Below, piece after piece: positions 53,424 to 62,206 of a DNA stretch of 64,000 nt; the stretch's first letter is position 1, and each line of letters starts with the position of its first letter. The position numbers and the translations under genes were made by a program. Source of the stretch: an uncultured Candidatus Saccharibacteria bacterium (GTDB taxonomy: Bacteria; Patescibacteriota; Saccharimonadia; Saccharimonadales; AWTP1-31); assembly GCA_937903325.1 (NCBI GenBank), contig CALCZR010000058.1, positions 193,034 through 257,033 on the forward strand, read 5' to 3'. The notes beneath the pieces were generated by a model. It saw only the letters and a list, made by a program, of their open reading frames with translations. It had not been told where the DNA came from and did no database searches.

Positions 53424-54959
53424 CTATTTCTGGAGTTTTAGTCTTGCAATAAGCCAATCCCGAGGAAGGATACTCAAGAACCAACCAGCACGCGGACCAG
53501 AGTCTTGGCCAATCAGGGCCTGGTATAGAACCGTGAATAGTTCTTTGGGCGCCAACTCAGCTTTATCTTTGAATTCGTAGATAGCCTGATGGAACCACGT
53601 GCCGTCAGCTTCTGCTGGGGCATCACTAATCTTATCTGCTAAGTCCTGTAAATACTGCTTTTGGGGACCGGTAAGTTGTAGCGATGAAAGATCTTCACGA
53701 AGCGCAAACTTAACTTCATCAGGAGCCCAAGTATCGAGCCACTTATCTATAAACTGCAGCTCATGGAGAATTACTTCCTTGTCAGCCTCAACCTGGTCAG
53801 CATGTTCAGTCCGCTTCATAATCTCAATAGTCTTTGCAGGGTCACGAAGTGCTGCTTGGTAACTCGCAACGAGATGCGAGAATGGCACCCTGCTCACTAC
53901 TACGCGGTCTCCAAGAGGACCTCGACAAAGATCTAGTAGCTGTTCTTCTTGAGGTGTTTTATCTTTCTTTGCCAGTAGTTCAGCGAACTCATCAAAGAGA
54001 CGTACAACTCCTACTCCTTGATCAAAGTAAAGACGCTTGCTTGGTGGGAAAGATAGGACAAAGTAGCGAACTAACTCAGCAGGAAGCACCTGACTAACTT
54101 CTTTAGCACTAATTCCGGTACCCTTACTGGCGCTCATTTTCTTGGTATCACCCGCTCGGTTAATAAAGTCGTATGGCACCGGAATAGGAGCTGGGGTTTC
54201 AAAGATATCCTTCATAATTGCTACACCGGTGTCATAGGAGCCGCCCGCACTGGCATGGTCCCGTCCAAAAGGCTCCACATGGACGTTAAGCTGCCACCAG
54301 CGAGCTGGCCAATCAAGACGCCAATCTAGCTTTATCTCGCCCTTGTCGTATCCTGTAGTCTTCTCTTCACCATCTGCATTCTGGTACGTAAGCTGCTTGC
54401 TTTTATTGTCGATGGAGATAAATCGACGATTCTTTAACCGTCCAGACTCCATAATCTGGATAGGTGACCAATGTTCATCAAGCTGACGACCGGCCACAGT
54501 CTCAAGTGTCTTGCGTGCTAATGGAACATTAGCTAGAACCTTTTCAATAGAAGGCACGAAGAAACCAGCACGGTACTTCTTGTGACTTCGTTCAACACCC
54601 ATGTCTATGCCCAGTTCACCTGCCACACCTATAAAGTCATCGACAAAGTAGTCCGCGAAGTTTCGGTCGCTGCCATCGGGAGCCGGGATATCACAAAGAG
54701 GCATGCCAAGATACTGCTCAAACTCAGCTGGAATATTCACAGGAATCTTACGAAGTCCATCGAGATCATCCACGAACTGGATATGACGCGCCTCTCGGCC
54801 ACGTCGCCTAAGCTCTAGCATGATAGCATCTGAGGTAATAATCTCGCGCAGGTGACCAAAGTGATACGTTCCCGAAGGAGATGCACCGGACTCAATTAAA
54901 ATCTCACCGGTTGGATACCGGTCGATAATCTGGTCAACAAGTTGGTTTAGCCATTGCAT
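53424..54959 (-). CDS. lysK: lysine--tRNA ligase, class I
   Basis: class I signatures SPSGTYHFGH (HIGH-type) and KMSASKG (KMSKS-type); 511 aa; no class II motifs. Confidence 0.85.
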   Translation of the reverse strand: MQWLNQLVDQIIDRYPTGEILIESGASPSGTYHFGHLREIITSDAIMLELRRRGREARHIQFVDDLDGLRKIPVNIPAEFEQYLGMPLCDIPAPDGSDRNFADYFVDDFIGVAGELGIDMGVERSHKKYRAGFFVPSIEKVLANVPLARKTLETVAGRQLDEHWSPIQIMESGRLKNRRFISIDNKSKQLTYQNADGEEKTTGYDKGEIKLDWRLDWPARWWQLNVHVEPFGRDHASAGGSYDTGVAIMKDIFETPAPIPVPYDFINRAGDTKKMSASKGTGISAKEVSQVLPAELVRYFVLSFPPSKRLYFDQGVGVVRLFDEFAELLAKKDKTPQEEQLLDLCRGPLGDRVVVSRVPFSHLVASYQAALRDPAKTIEIMKRTEHADQVEADKEVILHELQFIDKWLDTWAPDEVKFALREDLSSLQLTGPQKQYLQDLADKISDAPAEADGTWFHQAIYEFKDKAELAPKELFTVLYQALIGQDSGPRAGWFLSILPRDWLIARLKLQK

Positions 54960-54998
54960 TTGCTTTATTCTACCCCATTCACCCCTGTAAATCCAGCC

Positions 54999-55334
54999 TT
55001 AGTACAGCTTGCCACCAAGTGGAACAGCCTTATCGGTCGTAATGAGCATACAGTTATCCGTGCCGTCAGGAATACCAAGCGTCAAAACTTCACTCATAAA
55101 TGGCCCAATTTGCCGTGGCGCAAGGTTAACAACCGCAAGCACTTGCTTGCCCTTAAGCTCTTCCTTTGTATAGTTAGCAGGAAGTTGCGCACTAGACTTC
55201 TTAACGCCAAGCTCTTCCCCGAAATCAATGGTCAGCTTATATGCCGGCTTACGTGCCTCAGGAAAATCCTGGATGTCTATAATCTGCCCAACTCGAATAT
55301 CTACCTTCTCGAAGTCATCGTAACTAATAAGCAT
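54999..55334 (-). CDS. csaA: tRNA-binding domain protein (CsaA-like)
   Basis: FEKVDIRVGQI...A.K....IDFG pattern of the EMAP/CsaA OB fold; 111 aa. Confidence 0.7.
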   Translation of the reverse strand: MLISYDDFEKVDIRVGQIIDIQDFPEARKPAYKLTIDFGEELGVKKSSAQLPANYTKEELKGKQVLAVVNLAPRQIGPFMSEVLTLGIPDGTDNCMLITTDKAVPLGGKLY

Positions 55335-55348
55335 ATGTGTACCTGTTA

Positions 55349-55810
55349 CTAGGAGATATCTACAATCTTGTAGGTAGTAGTCTCAGCAGGAGTGGTAATC
55401 TCTACTTCATCACCCTCTTTTTTGCCAAGAAGTGCCTGACCAATAGGTGATTCATCTGAGATCTTACCATTCAGCGGATCTGCCTCAACAGTACCAACTA
55501 CTTGGAATTCTTTAGTGGTACTACCACCGTTCTTAAGCTTCACCTTAGAGCCAATCTGGACCTTGCTGTCACCTTTTGGCTTAGTAATAACCTTCACGTT
55601 CTGTAGGATGTTCTCGATTTCAGCGATTCGGCCTTCAGCACGTTCCTGCTCCTGACGAGCTGAGCTATATTCGGCGTTCTCACTTAAATCACCGAATTCT
55701 CGAGCAGTTTTAATGCGGTCTGCAAGTTCGCCTCGCTGACCAACAAGTCCTGCGTGCTCTTGCTTTAGTTCTTCTACACCTTCTTTGGTTAACAAATACT
55801 CTTTCTTCAT
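55349..55810 (-). CDS. greA: transcription elongation factor GreA
   Basis: coiled-coil N-terminus with DLSENAEY, C-terminal SPIGQALLGKK. Confidence 0.9.
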   Translation of the reverse strand: MKKEYLLTKEGVEELKQEHAGLVGQRGELADRIKTAREFGDLSENAEYSSARQEQERAEGRIAEIENILQNVKVITKPKGDSKVQIGSKVKLKNGGSTTKEFQVVGTVEADPLNGKISDESPIGQALLGKKEGDEVEITTPAETTTYKIVDIS

Positions 55811-55849
55811 AATTATTCTCCTTCTACCTTCTTTAGCAGTTATTGTTGT

Positions 55850-57112
55850 CTAGCCCCTGGATACCCCTGATGGTGTGGCTAGGAATTCCAGTATATCATC
55901 AATGGCTAGCATCCGCGGCTCTGTTTCTGTGCGGCCCTTTAATTCGTGTTGGCCCGCTGCCACGGTCTTTTCACTAACCACTAATCGATATGGAATGCCC
56001 ATCAGGTCGGCATCAGCAAATTTCTGGCCTGGGCGGGTGTCACGGTCGTCCCAGAGCACTTCGATACCTGCGTCCGTCAGTTGCTTATAGATTGCCGCAG
56101 CCTCATCGTTAACGTCACCGATCGTGGCCATATAGACCTTAAACGGTGCAATATTCTCCGGCCACACCAAACCTTTGTCGTCACATAGTAGCTCGGCAAT
56201 GGTACCCACTAGTCGACTGACTCCGATGCCATAACAGCCCATGATAACCGGATGATTTTTACCTTCTGCATCGTCGACAGTTATTTCAAACGGCTCAGTA
56301 AACTTAGTACCAAGGCTAAAGATGTTACCTACTTCAATGGCCTTAACTTCTTCCAGGTCTTCACGCTTCAGCCCGATGTGCTCGATAACGTCATCGGTGA
56401 ATACTTCCTTGTTAATAGCGATGCCCTTGGCGCGGTCGAGGTAGATAATATCCTCACCTGCTTCAGATAGTGTCTGGAATTCATGACTAAACTTGCTGAA
56501 TACTCCACCGCTAGCAAAGGTCTTAAAGGTTCGTTCACCGATACCGAGACGAGCGTAGACTCGGTCGTAAGCCTCGGCAACCTTCTCATAGAACTCTTCA
56601 TGCTGGTCCTGCGTCAGTGCATAGGAATACATATCCTTCATGAGGAACTCTCGTCCACGCATAAGACCACTTTTAGAACGTAGTTCATTCCTGAACTTCG
56701 TCTGAATCTGGTATGGTGCAAACGGCAAATCCTTATATGAGTTTAGATAGGACTTCACGATAGGAGATAGGTTCTCTTCGTGTGAGAAGCCTAGACCAAT
56801 ATCTGCTCCGTTCGCAAGCTTGGTCTTAAACCAGTTGTCTACAACCTTGTCGTCCCAACGGCCGGTCTTCTCATACCGCTCCTTAACCTGAAGTGCTGGC
56901 ATTTGAATCTCTTGTCCGCCGATGGCGTCCATTTCATCACGAACAATATCCGCGATCTTGTTGAGTACCTTTAAGCCGAGCGGTAGGTAGCTATATACTC
57001 CAGCCATCTCTTTATGCACAAAACCGGCCTGAATTAGCAGCTGTGCGTTCTTAGCAGTCTCGTCTGCAGGGACATTCTTGCTCGTCTTAGTGAATAGTCC
57101 TGACATTTTCAT
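55850..57112 (-). CDS. proS: proline--tRNA ligase (short form, no room for an INS editing domain)
   Basis: N-terminus LLIQAGFVHKEMAGVYSYLPLG, class II motifs, C-terminal anticodon-binding domain; 420 aa; AAGGAG SD. Confidence 0.85.
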   Translation of the reverse strand: MKMSGLFTKTSKNVPADETAKNAQLLIQAGFVHKEMAGVYSYLPLGLKVLNKIADIVRDEMDAIGGQEIQMPALQVKERYEKTGRWDDKVVDNWFKTKLANGADIGLGFSHEENLSPIVKSYLNSYKDLPFAPYQIQTKFRNELRSKSGLMRGREFLMKDMYSYALTQDQHEEFYEKVAEAYDRVYARLGIGERTFKTFASGGVFSKFSHEFQTLSEAGEDIIYLDRAKGIAINKEVFTDDVIEHIGLKREDLEEVKAIEVGNIFSLGTKFTEPFEITVDDAEGKNHPVIMGCYGIGVSRLVGTIAELLCDDKGLVWPENIAPFKVYMATIGDVNDEAAAIYKQLTDAGIEVLWDDRDTRPGQKFADADLMGIPYRLVVSEKTVAAGQHELKGRTETEPRMLAIDDILEFLATPSGVSRG

Positions 57113-57149
57113 AATTTTCTCCTTTTTCTTTCTCTTGGTAGTAGCCTAT

Positions 57150-57170
57150 TAAAAAACGGCCCCTTGGCCG
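57150..57170 (-). terminator. rho-independent terminator, 40 nt upstream of proS
   Basis: minus strand ACGGCC-AAGG-GGCCGT followed by TTTTTT. Confidence 0.7.
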
Positions 57171-57290
57171 TCGTATCACTTATTTTTGGGATAATCTAGC
57201 CAAGCCTCCGTTGTGTGAGCGGGGTGACCGGCTTCATGATTGCAAGTGATTTATGGTAAATCATACCCCCACTATACTATGTTTTGGTTC

Positions 57291-58151
57291 TCAGACAAGA
57301 TGAAAAACAAACAGACTTAAGAAGGCTATTAAGTTCTTTAGAGCATGCAAACAGATAGGTGCCCACAAATTCCCGGTCCGTTCCTTGAGGTTAATAAGGA
57401 CCATAGACAAAATAAAGGTATCGATTGCTGCTACCCATAGCAGCGGCGCTCCACTACCAGCCTGCAAATGAGCCACTCCAAAAATAACACTAGTGAGTAA
57501 TGCTGCTCTTAGCCGTGGCAGTTTCTGCTTGAGACCTGTATACAGGAAGCCTCGAACGACCAGCTCTTCAACCAGCGGCGGAAGAATGACAAGACTAATA
57601 AATACAAAGGGCAGTTGTGCTGAGCCTACTTTATCGAAGCCTAGCTGTTGTTTCTGGTCCAGATCAACGGCCGGTATAAGCACCTCTACGAGCTTAGAGG
57701 CCACGATAAAGAGCGCGATATAGACCCCGTAACCAAGTATTGCGTACCCACCATCCCGGAATTTTGGTCGACCTTTGAACCCAATGGTCTTGAGGTTTGC
57801 TTTACGCCGCTTCAAGAATAAAAGCAATAACCCAACGGTAACTATTTGAATAGCAGACCCTAAGATAAACTGGCTATATACTGAACCGCTAAACCAATCT
57901 GATATACGGTCTTGATTCCAGCCCATGACACCAAGTACCACAGCAAATATCATGCCTACGAAAAGCTGACTAAAGAAGTAAATAAAGAGGGTTACCGCTG
58001 CAGACTCCAGGGGTGACCAGCGTATCCCCTTTTCACTTTCCTGCCCCTTCAAGAAATACGATACAAACCCGAATAGCCCTAAGAGGTACAGTATGGGGAC
58101 AATAATAGTACCTGCCGTAACTTCTCCAAACAGGCTGAGTAGAGGCGCCAT
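57291..58151 (-). CDS. CPBP-family intramembrane glutamic endopeptidase
   Basis: EELVVRGF and FGVAHL motifs, multiple TM segments. Confidence 0.75.
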   Translation of the reverse strand: MAPLLSLFGEVTAGTIIVPILYLLGLFGFVSYFLKGQESEKGIRWSPLESAAVTLFIYFFSQLFVGMIFAVVLGVMGWNQDRISDWFSGSVYSQFILGSAIQIVTVGLLLLFLKRRKANLKTIGFKGRPKFRDGGYAILGYGVYIALFIVASKLVEVLIPAVDLDQKQQLGFDKVGSAQLPFVFISLVILPPLVEELVVRGFLYTGLKQKLPRLRAALLTSVIFGVAHLQAGSGAPLLWVAAIDTFILSMVLINLKERTGNLWAPICLHALKNLIAFLSLFVFHLV

Positions 58152-59276
58152 CTAGAGCCTCTTAATGTCTACAAAGGTAATAACGGCCATGAGCGCCAGT
58201 AGGAACATAAAGCCCGTACCGTGGATACGTTCTTCAGTTTCCTGACTTAACGGCTTACGGAGCACCAGACGATATAACAATGTTACGAATAATCGCCCAC
58301 CGTCGAGAGCTGGGATAGGTAGTACATTCATAATTGCCAGCGTCAGTGAAATAAGCGCAATGATCATAATCATAAATTGGATACCGATAGTACTGCTATC
58401 CTTTAGGAGTACAAAGATACTTACCGGACCAGCTACCTGCTCACTGGCCTGCTTACCGTGCCCACGAAGTGCATTCCATGCAGCCGTTCCGAGGCCCTTA
58501 AAGGTCGCGATCGTAAACTGCTTCATCGTCCCAGCAGCCACAACAGGTGCTGACCATGTTGAGCGCGTTAGGGTAAATTCACCGGGTGAAACACCTAAAT
58601 ACCCCTTGGGATTGTCTGTCTTACGACTTTCTTCTACGGTTTTCTTGTCACGGAGCTGCGCAGACAGGGTACGATCCTTGCCATCTCGCTTGACCGTAAT
58701 GTCTACCTTCTGGCCAGCGAATTGCTGTGTTATAACCGGCAATGAACTGGCAGCCTCAACTGACTTTTGGTGACCTTTCGGCCCAATAGCAACGAAGGTA
58801 TCTTTGACCTGCAGACCTGCCTCAGAAGCCGGTGATCCATCTTCGACTGACCCAACCAATACTTGGTTCCGCACTACTTTAGCATCTGACTGTACGACAA
58901 ACTGGTCGTCGATAAGCTTTGGCATGCCTACTAGGGCTAATATTGTAAACAGCACAAAAGCCGCCAACAGATTCACCCCAACACCGGCTAGCATAATAGC
59001 TATCTTGGTTCGCAGCCGCGCTGCACCAAAGCTACCCCTAGCTTTAGCTGAGTCATGCTCACCTTTTAATCGTACAAATCCACCAAGTGGCAGCCAGTTA
59101 ATGGTAAACAGGAGACCACTCTTTAGCTTCTTCCCCCAAGCTTTTGGTGGGAAGCCCAGACCAAACTCTTCAACTTCTACTCCGCCCCTGCGAGCAACAT
59201 AGAAATGACCAAGCTCGTGTATTACGACGAGACCGATAAACATCAGAAGCCCAAGGATTAGCAGGAGTATAGTCAC
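58152..59276 (-). CDS. rseP: RIP site-2 metalloprotease RseP (M50)
   Basis: HELGHF, PDZ segment, NVLPIPALDGG. Confidence 0.85.
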   Translation of the reverse strand: MTILLLILGLLMFIGLVVIHELGHFYVARRGGVEVEEFGLGFPPKAWGKKLKSGLLFTINWLPLGGFVRLKGEHDSAKARGSFGAARLRTKIAIMLAGVGVNLLAAFVLFTILALVGMPKLIDDQFVVQSDAKVVRNQVLVGSVEDGSPASEAGLQVKDTFVAIGPKGHQKSVEAASSLPVITQQFAGQKVDITVKRDGKDRTLSAQLRDKKTVEESRKTDNPKGYLGVSPGEFTLTRSTWSAPVVAAGTMKQFTIATFKGLGTAAWNALRGHGKQASEQVAGPVSIFVLLKDSSTIGIQFMIMIIALISLTLAIMNVLPIPALDGGRLFVTLLYRLVLRKPLSQETEERIHGTGFMFLLALMAVITFVDIKRL

Positions 59277-59975
59277 TTACTTACCAAACCTTCTCTGTCG
59301 GGCAGCAAAGTCGTCGAGTGCTGTTTGCATGTCAGCTTCGGTAAATGCTGGCCAATGTACATCTGTAAAATACAACTCACTATATGCAGCCCGCCACAGC
59401 ATGAAGTTGCTAATGCGTTGCTCGCCCGAAGATCTAATAATCATGTCGACAGCTGGTACTTCTGGTCTGTATAGGTTTTTCTCGATCAGCTCCGGCGTAA
59501 TCTCTGTGATACCCGAATCTTTAGCCAGAAGCTTGTTCACTGCAGTAGCAATTTCCTGCTGGCCACCGTAGTTAAGACAGAGTAGTAACGTGCCGCCCGT
59601 ATTATCTTTGGTACGCTCCTCAGCACTCGCCATAGCCTTGAGAACACTTGGAGACAAGCGTTCTTCTTCCCCCAAGAACTGCACTTTAATATTCTGCTTA
59701 TCCAGCTCTTTAATCTCGTTCTTTGAGACCCAAATAAGCAGCTTCATGAGGTAGTCTACTTCTTCAGTAGAGCGCTTCCAGTTCTCGGTTGAGAAAACGT
59801 AGGCCGAAACGTACTTAACTCCGCGATCAAAGGCGTACTTAGCAACCGTCTTGAGGTTTTCGTAGCCCTTCTTGTGCCCCTCCATGGTCGGAAGCCCTTT
59901 GTCTTTCGCCCAACGACGATTACCATCAAGAATAAGACCAAGGTGGGTCGGTACAGTTAAAGTAGGGTCAGACAT
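59277..59975 (-). CDS. uppS: undecaprenyl-diphosphate synthase
   Basis: HLGLILDGNRRWA, FSTENWKR, RSSGEQRISNF; the ORF track starts at TTG 59984, which lies inside the -10-like element, so ATG 59975 is preferred. Confidence 0.9.
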   Translation of the reverse strand: MSDPTLTVPTHLGLILDGNRRWAKDKGLPTMEGHKKGYENLKTVAKYAFDRGVKYVSAYVFSTENWKRSTEEVDYLMKLLIWVSKNEIKELDKQNIKVQFLGEEERLSPSVLKAMASAEERTKDNTGGTLLLCLNYGGQQEIATAVNKLLAKDSGITEITPELIEKNLYRPEVPAVDMIIRSSGEQRISNFMLWRAAYSELYFTDVHWPAFTEADMQTALDDFAARQRRFGK

Positions 59976-59983
59976 ATGGGACA

Positions 59984-59991
59984 ATTATACC
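59984..59991 (-). promoter_or_regulatory. GGTATAAT -10-like element, 8 nt upstream of the uppS ATG 59975
   Basis: plus strand ATTATACC. Confidence 0.5.
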
Positions 59992-60000
59992 GGATTAGAC

Positions 60001-60564
60001 CTAAACGGTCATGATTTCTTGTTCTTTTGCTTTGGCGACGGCTTCAGCATCAGCCTTAGCTTTAGTCATCGCTTCTTCTACTTGTGCTGCATAGCGCTTA
60101 GCATCATCTTCGCTGATATCTTTATCTTTCTTAGCCTGGTCGAACTCATCTAACGCGTCATGTCGGACGCCACGCATTCGCACCATGCAATCCTCAAGCT
60201 TGGTACCCACCTGCTTGGTAATTTCTCGGCGTCGCTCTTCAGTCAGTGGCGGAATACTAATGCGCACCACTCGACCGTCATCGGATGGATTAAAGCCAAG
60301 ACTCTGATTGTCGCGAATTGCAGTAGAGATTGCCTGCAGGTTACTGGGGTCAAACGGTGTAATTTGGAGAAGTTGTGCCTCTGGAGCGGTCACATTAGCT
60401 ACTTGATTTAATGGCATAGGGCTACCATAAGCCTCAACCATAACACCATCCAGCATACCCGCACTGGCGCGACCGGTACGTAATCTCTTTAATTCTTCTT
60501 CAAAATGACTAACCGCCTCGGCTAGCTTGGCTTTAGCTTGATCAACAACCTGATTTGGACTCAC
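60001..60564 (-). CDS. frr: ribosome recycling factor
   Basis: RTGRASAGMLD, ITPFD, NPSDDG, IPPLTEERR. Confidence 0.9.
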   Translation of the reverse strand: MSPNQVVDQAKAKLAEAVSHFEEELKRLRTGRASAGMLDGVMVEAYGSPMPLNQVANVTAPEAQLLQITPFDPSNLQAISTAIRDNQSLGFNPSDDGRVVRISIPPLTEERRREITKQVGTKLEDCMVRMRGVRHDALDEFDQAKKDKDISEDDAKRYAAQVEEAMTKAKADAEAVAKAKEQEIMTV

Positions 60565-60628
60565 TGTAACTCCTTACTTTTCTCCTATTAGTATACACCA
60601 GGAAAGTCGACCCGGCAGATATGGTTAG

Positions 60629-60657
60629 TTGACGTAAAAGTAATCAAATGTTATTAT
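60629..60657 (+). promoter_or_regulatory. sigma70-like promoter (TTGACG - 17 nt - TATTAT) for the 60753 gene
   Basis: read directly; about 95-nt leader contains an 8-bp inverted repeat, CATATCTC 60686..60693 / GAGATATG 60708..60715. Confidence 0.45.
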
Positions 60658-60752
60658 AAGTCTCAGTAACCAGTCAGCATTGACACATATCTCGTAAATG
60701 GTCGCTTGAGATATGCCGAGCTAATAGCGAATCCACGGCTGCCTCTCTTTAT

Positions 60753-61550
60753 ATGAGGGCCGCATCACACGACGGCTACTTATATTATGTATGGAGAAAT
60801 ATTAACGTGCCGAGTCCCCGAGAGTTAGACAGAATCACTATTGATTTAGGTGGAGCAAAAGTCCTCGATATTGATACTTTCCTGCAGCGCAAAGCTGAAA
60901 CGGGAGCTATTACCGAGGAACAATTAGCTGCTCGACAAGCCCGCTTAAAGGCTGCCCGCCTCATGACCAAGGCTGGCTTGCTTGATGATACTCCACGTAT
61001 TTATGGGGCTACTGCGGACGAAGAGCTCATGATCTTCCCCCATTTCAAGCCGCGAACTATAAAACCCATGTCCGTCGCTCAGCAGACCGCCCATGATCTC
61101 AGCATCCTGGAAGGTACTTTCGACAAGCGTAACAGTGACATACAACGCACACTAAGAGGCAAGCTCCTTACCCGCATTGATGCCGATGAAATCCCTGTTA
61201 ACTACTGGATCGGTGTTCACAACTTATTTGGAAATGGTCGCCCTCCGCTCGTTCCAGAGTTTTTCTCTGAAATGTACGAAAAGTTTGCAGCCGACTTTAA
61301 TATGACTCCTATGGAGTCACTCCAAAAACTCCAGGTTGGATTTTTTACTGTCTCTGCATGCTTCGGCGCTCGCATTATGGATGAACAAGGACGCCCGCGC
61401 TACATGGAAGCCGTCCAACTAGCAGAAGAGGCTTGGCCACCGAAGATCGACATGATCAAAGCCACTTTCTCAGAAGAATTCTTATCTCAAAAAGGCAATA
61501 GCGGTAGCGAGCAATCTCTACAGTCGAATGTTCCTATAATTGTTGGGTAA
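60753..61550 (+). CDS. hypothetical protein (265 aa)
   Basis: ORF only; one of the few plus-strand genes. Confidence 0.45.
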   Translation: MRAASHDGYLYYVWRNINVPSPRELDRITIDLGGAKVLDIDTFLQRKAETGAITEEQLAARQARLKAARLMTKAGLLDDTPRIYGATADEELMIFPHFKPRTIKPMSVAQQTAHDLSILEGTFDKRNSDIQRTLRGKLLTRIDADEIPVNYWIGVHNLFGNGRPPLVPEFFSEMYEKFAADFNMTPMESLQKLQVGFFTVSACFGARIMDEQGRPRYMEAVQLAEEAWPPKIDMIKATFSEEFLSQKGNSGSEQSLQSNVPIIVG

Positions 61551-61553
61551 ACT

Positions 61554-61585
61554 AAAAGCTCCGAGGACAAACCTCGGAGCTTTTT
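61554..61585. terminator. bidirectional rho-independent terminator between convergent genes
   Basis: AAAAGCTCCGAGG-ACAAA-CCTCGGAGCTTTTT; 13-bp stem with A/T runs on both sides. Confidence 0.75.
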
Positions 61586-61609
61586 AGAACAATTTTGTTT
61601 GCGTAGTAC

Positions 61610-62206
61610 TTAGCTAACTTCGCCAAGTGCAAGTCGCTCAAAGCGACGTACAACAACGTTCTCACCAAGACGTGCGTTAGCTTCTTTTACAAGATCGCCA
61701 ACGGTCTGGTCTGGGTTCTTTACGAATGGTTGGTTAAGTAGACAAAGTTCAGCAAAGTGCTTCTTGAGCATGCCTTCCACAATGTTATCCAGCATGTTAT
61801 CTGGCTTGCCTTCACCCTTAGCCTTTTCGGTAAACTCAGCCTTCTTGGCCTCTCGGTCTTCAGCTGGAATATCTTCGAGGCTTACGTATACCGGAGCGGC
61901 TGCTGCAACATGCATAGCAACATCTTTAACGAGCTCAGAAAAACCTTCGGTGCGAGCAACGAAGTCAGTCTCACAGTTAACTTCCACCAACACGCCGATA
62001 CGGTTATCATGGTTATAGGTACCAATAACACCGGCACGAGCTTCACGCTCACCACGCTTTTCAGCCTTGGTTAGGCCTTTTTTGCGCATAGCCTCAAGTG
62101 CCTTATCAAAGTCACCACCAGCTTCTTCAAGTGCTTTCTTAGCGTCGGTCAGACCAACACCAGAAAGGCTTTTTAGTCGCTTAATGTCTTCAATAGATAC
62201 GTTCAT
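61610..62206 (-). CDS. tsf: elongation factor Ts (short form)
   Basis: N-terminal UBA-like IKRLKSLSGVGLTDAKKALEEAGGDFDKALEAMRKKG; 198 aa. Confidence 0.85.
   Translation of the reverse strand: MNVSIEDIKRLKSLSGVGLTDAKKALEEAGGDFDKALEAMRKKGLTKAEKRGEREARAGVIGTYNHDNRIGVLVEVNCETDFVARTEGFSELVKDVAMHVAAAAPVYVSLEDIPAEDREAKKAEFTEKAKGEGKPDNMLDNIVEGMLKKHFAELCLLNQPFVKNPDQTVGDLVKEANARLGENVVVRRFERLALGEVS

Noticed and set aside
53398-53484. 29-codon N-terminal extension of the ABC ATPase ORF
   Set aside because: It overlaps the 3' end of lysK. The conserved ABC N-terminus begins at MIEVVNVTK (ATG 53397), which also has a TATACT element 6 nt upstream.
57113-57290. T-box riboswitch upstream of proS
   Set aside because: Only about 120 nt precede the terminator, and I found no T-box consensus (AGGGUGGNACCGCG-like) or recognisable specifier-loop architecture. 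The hairpin is adequately explained as the terminator of the upstream operon.
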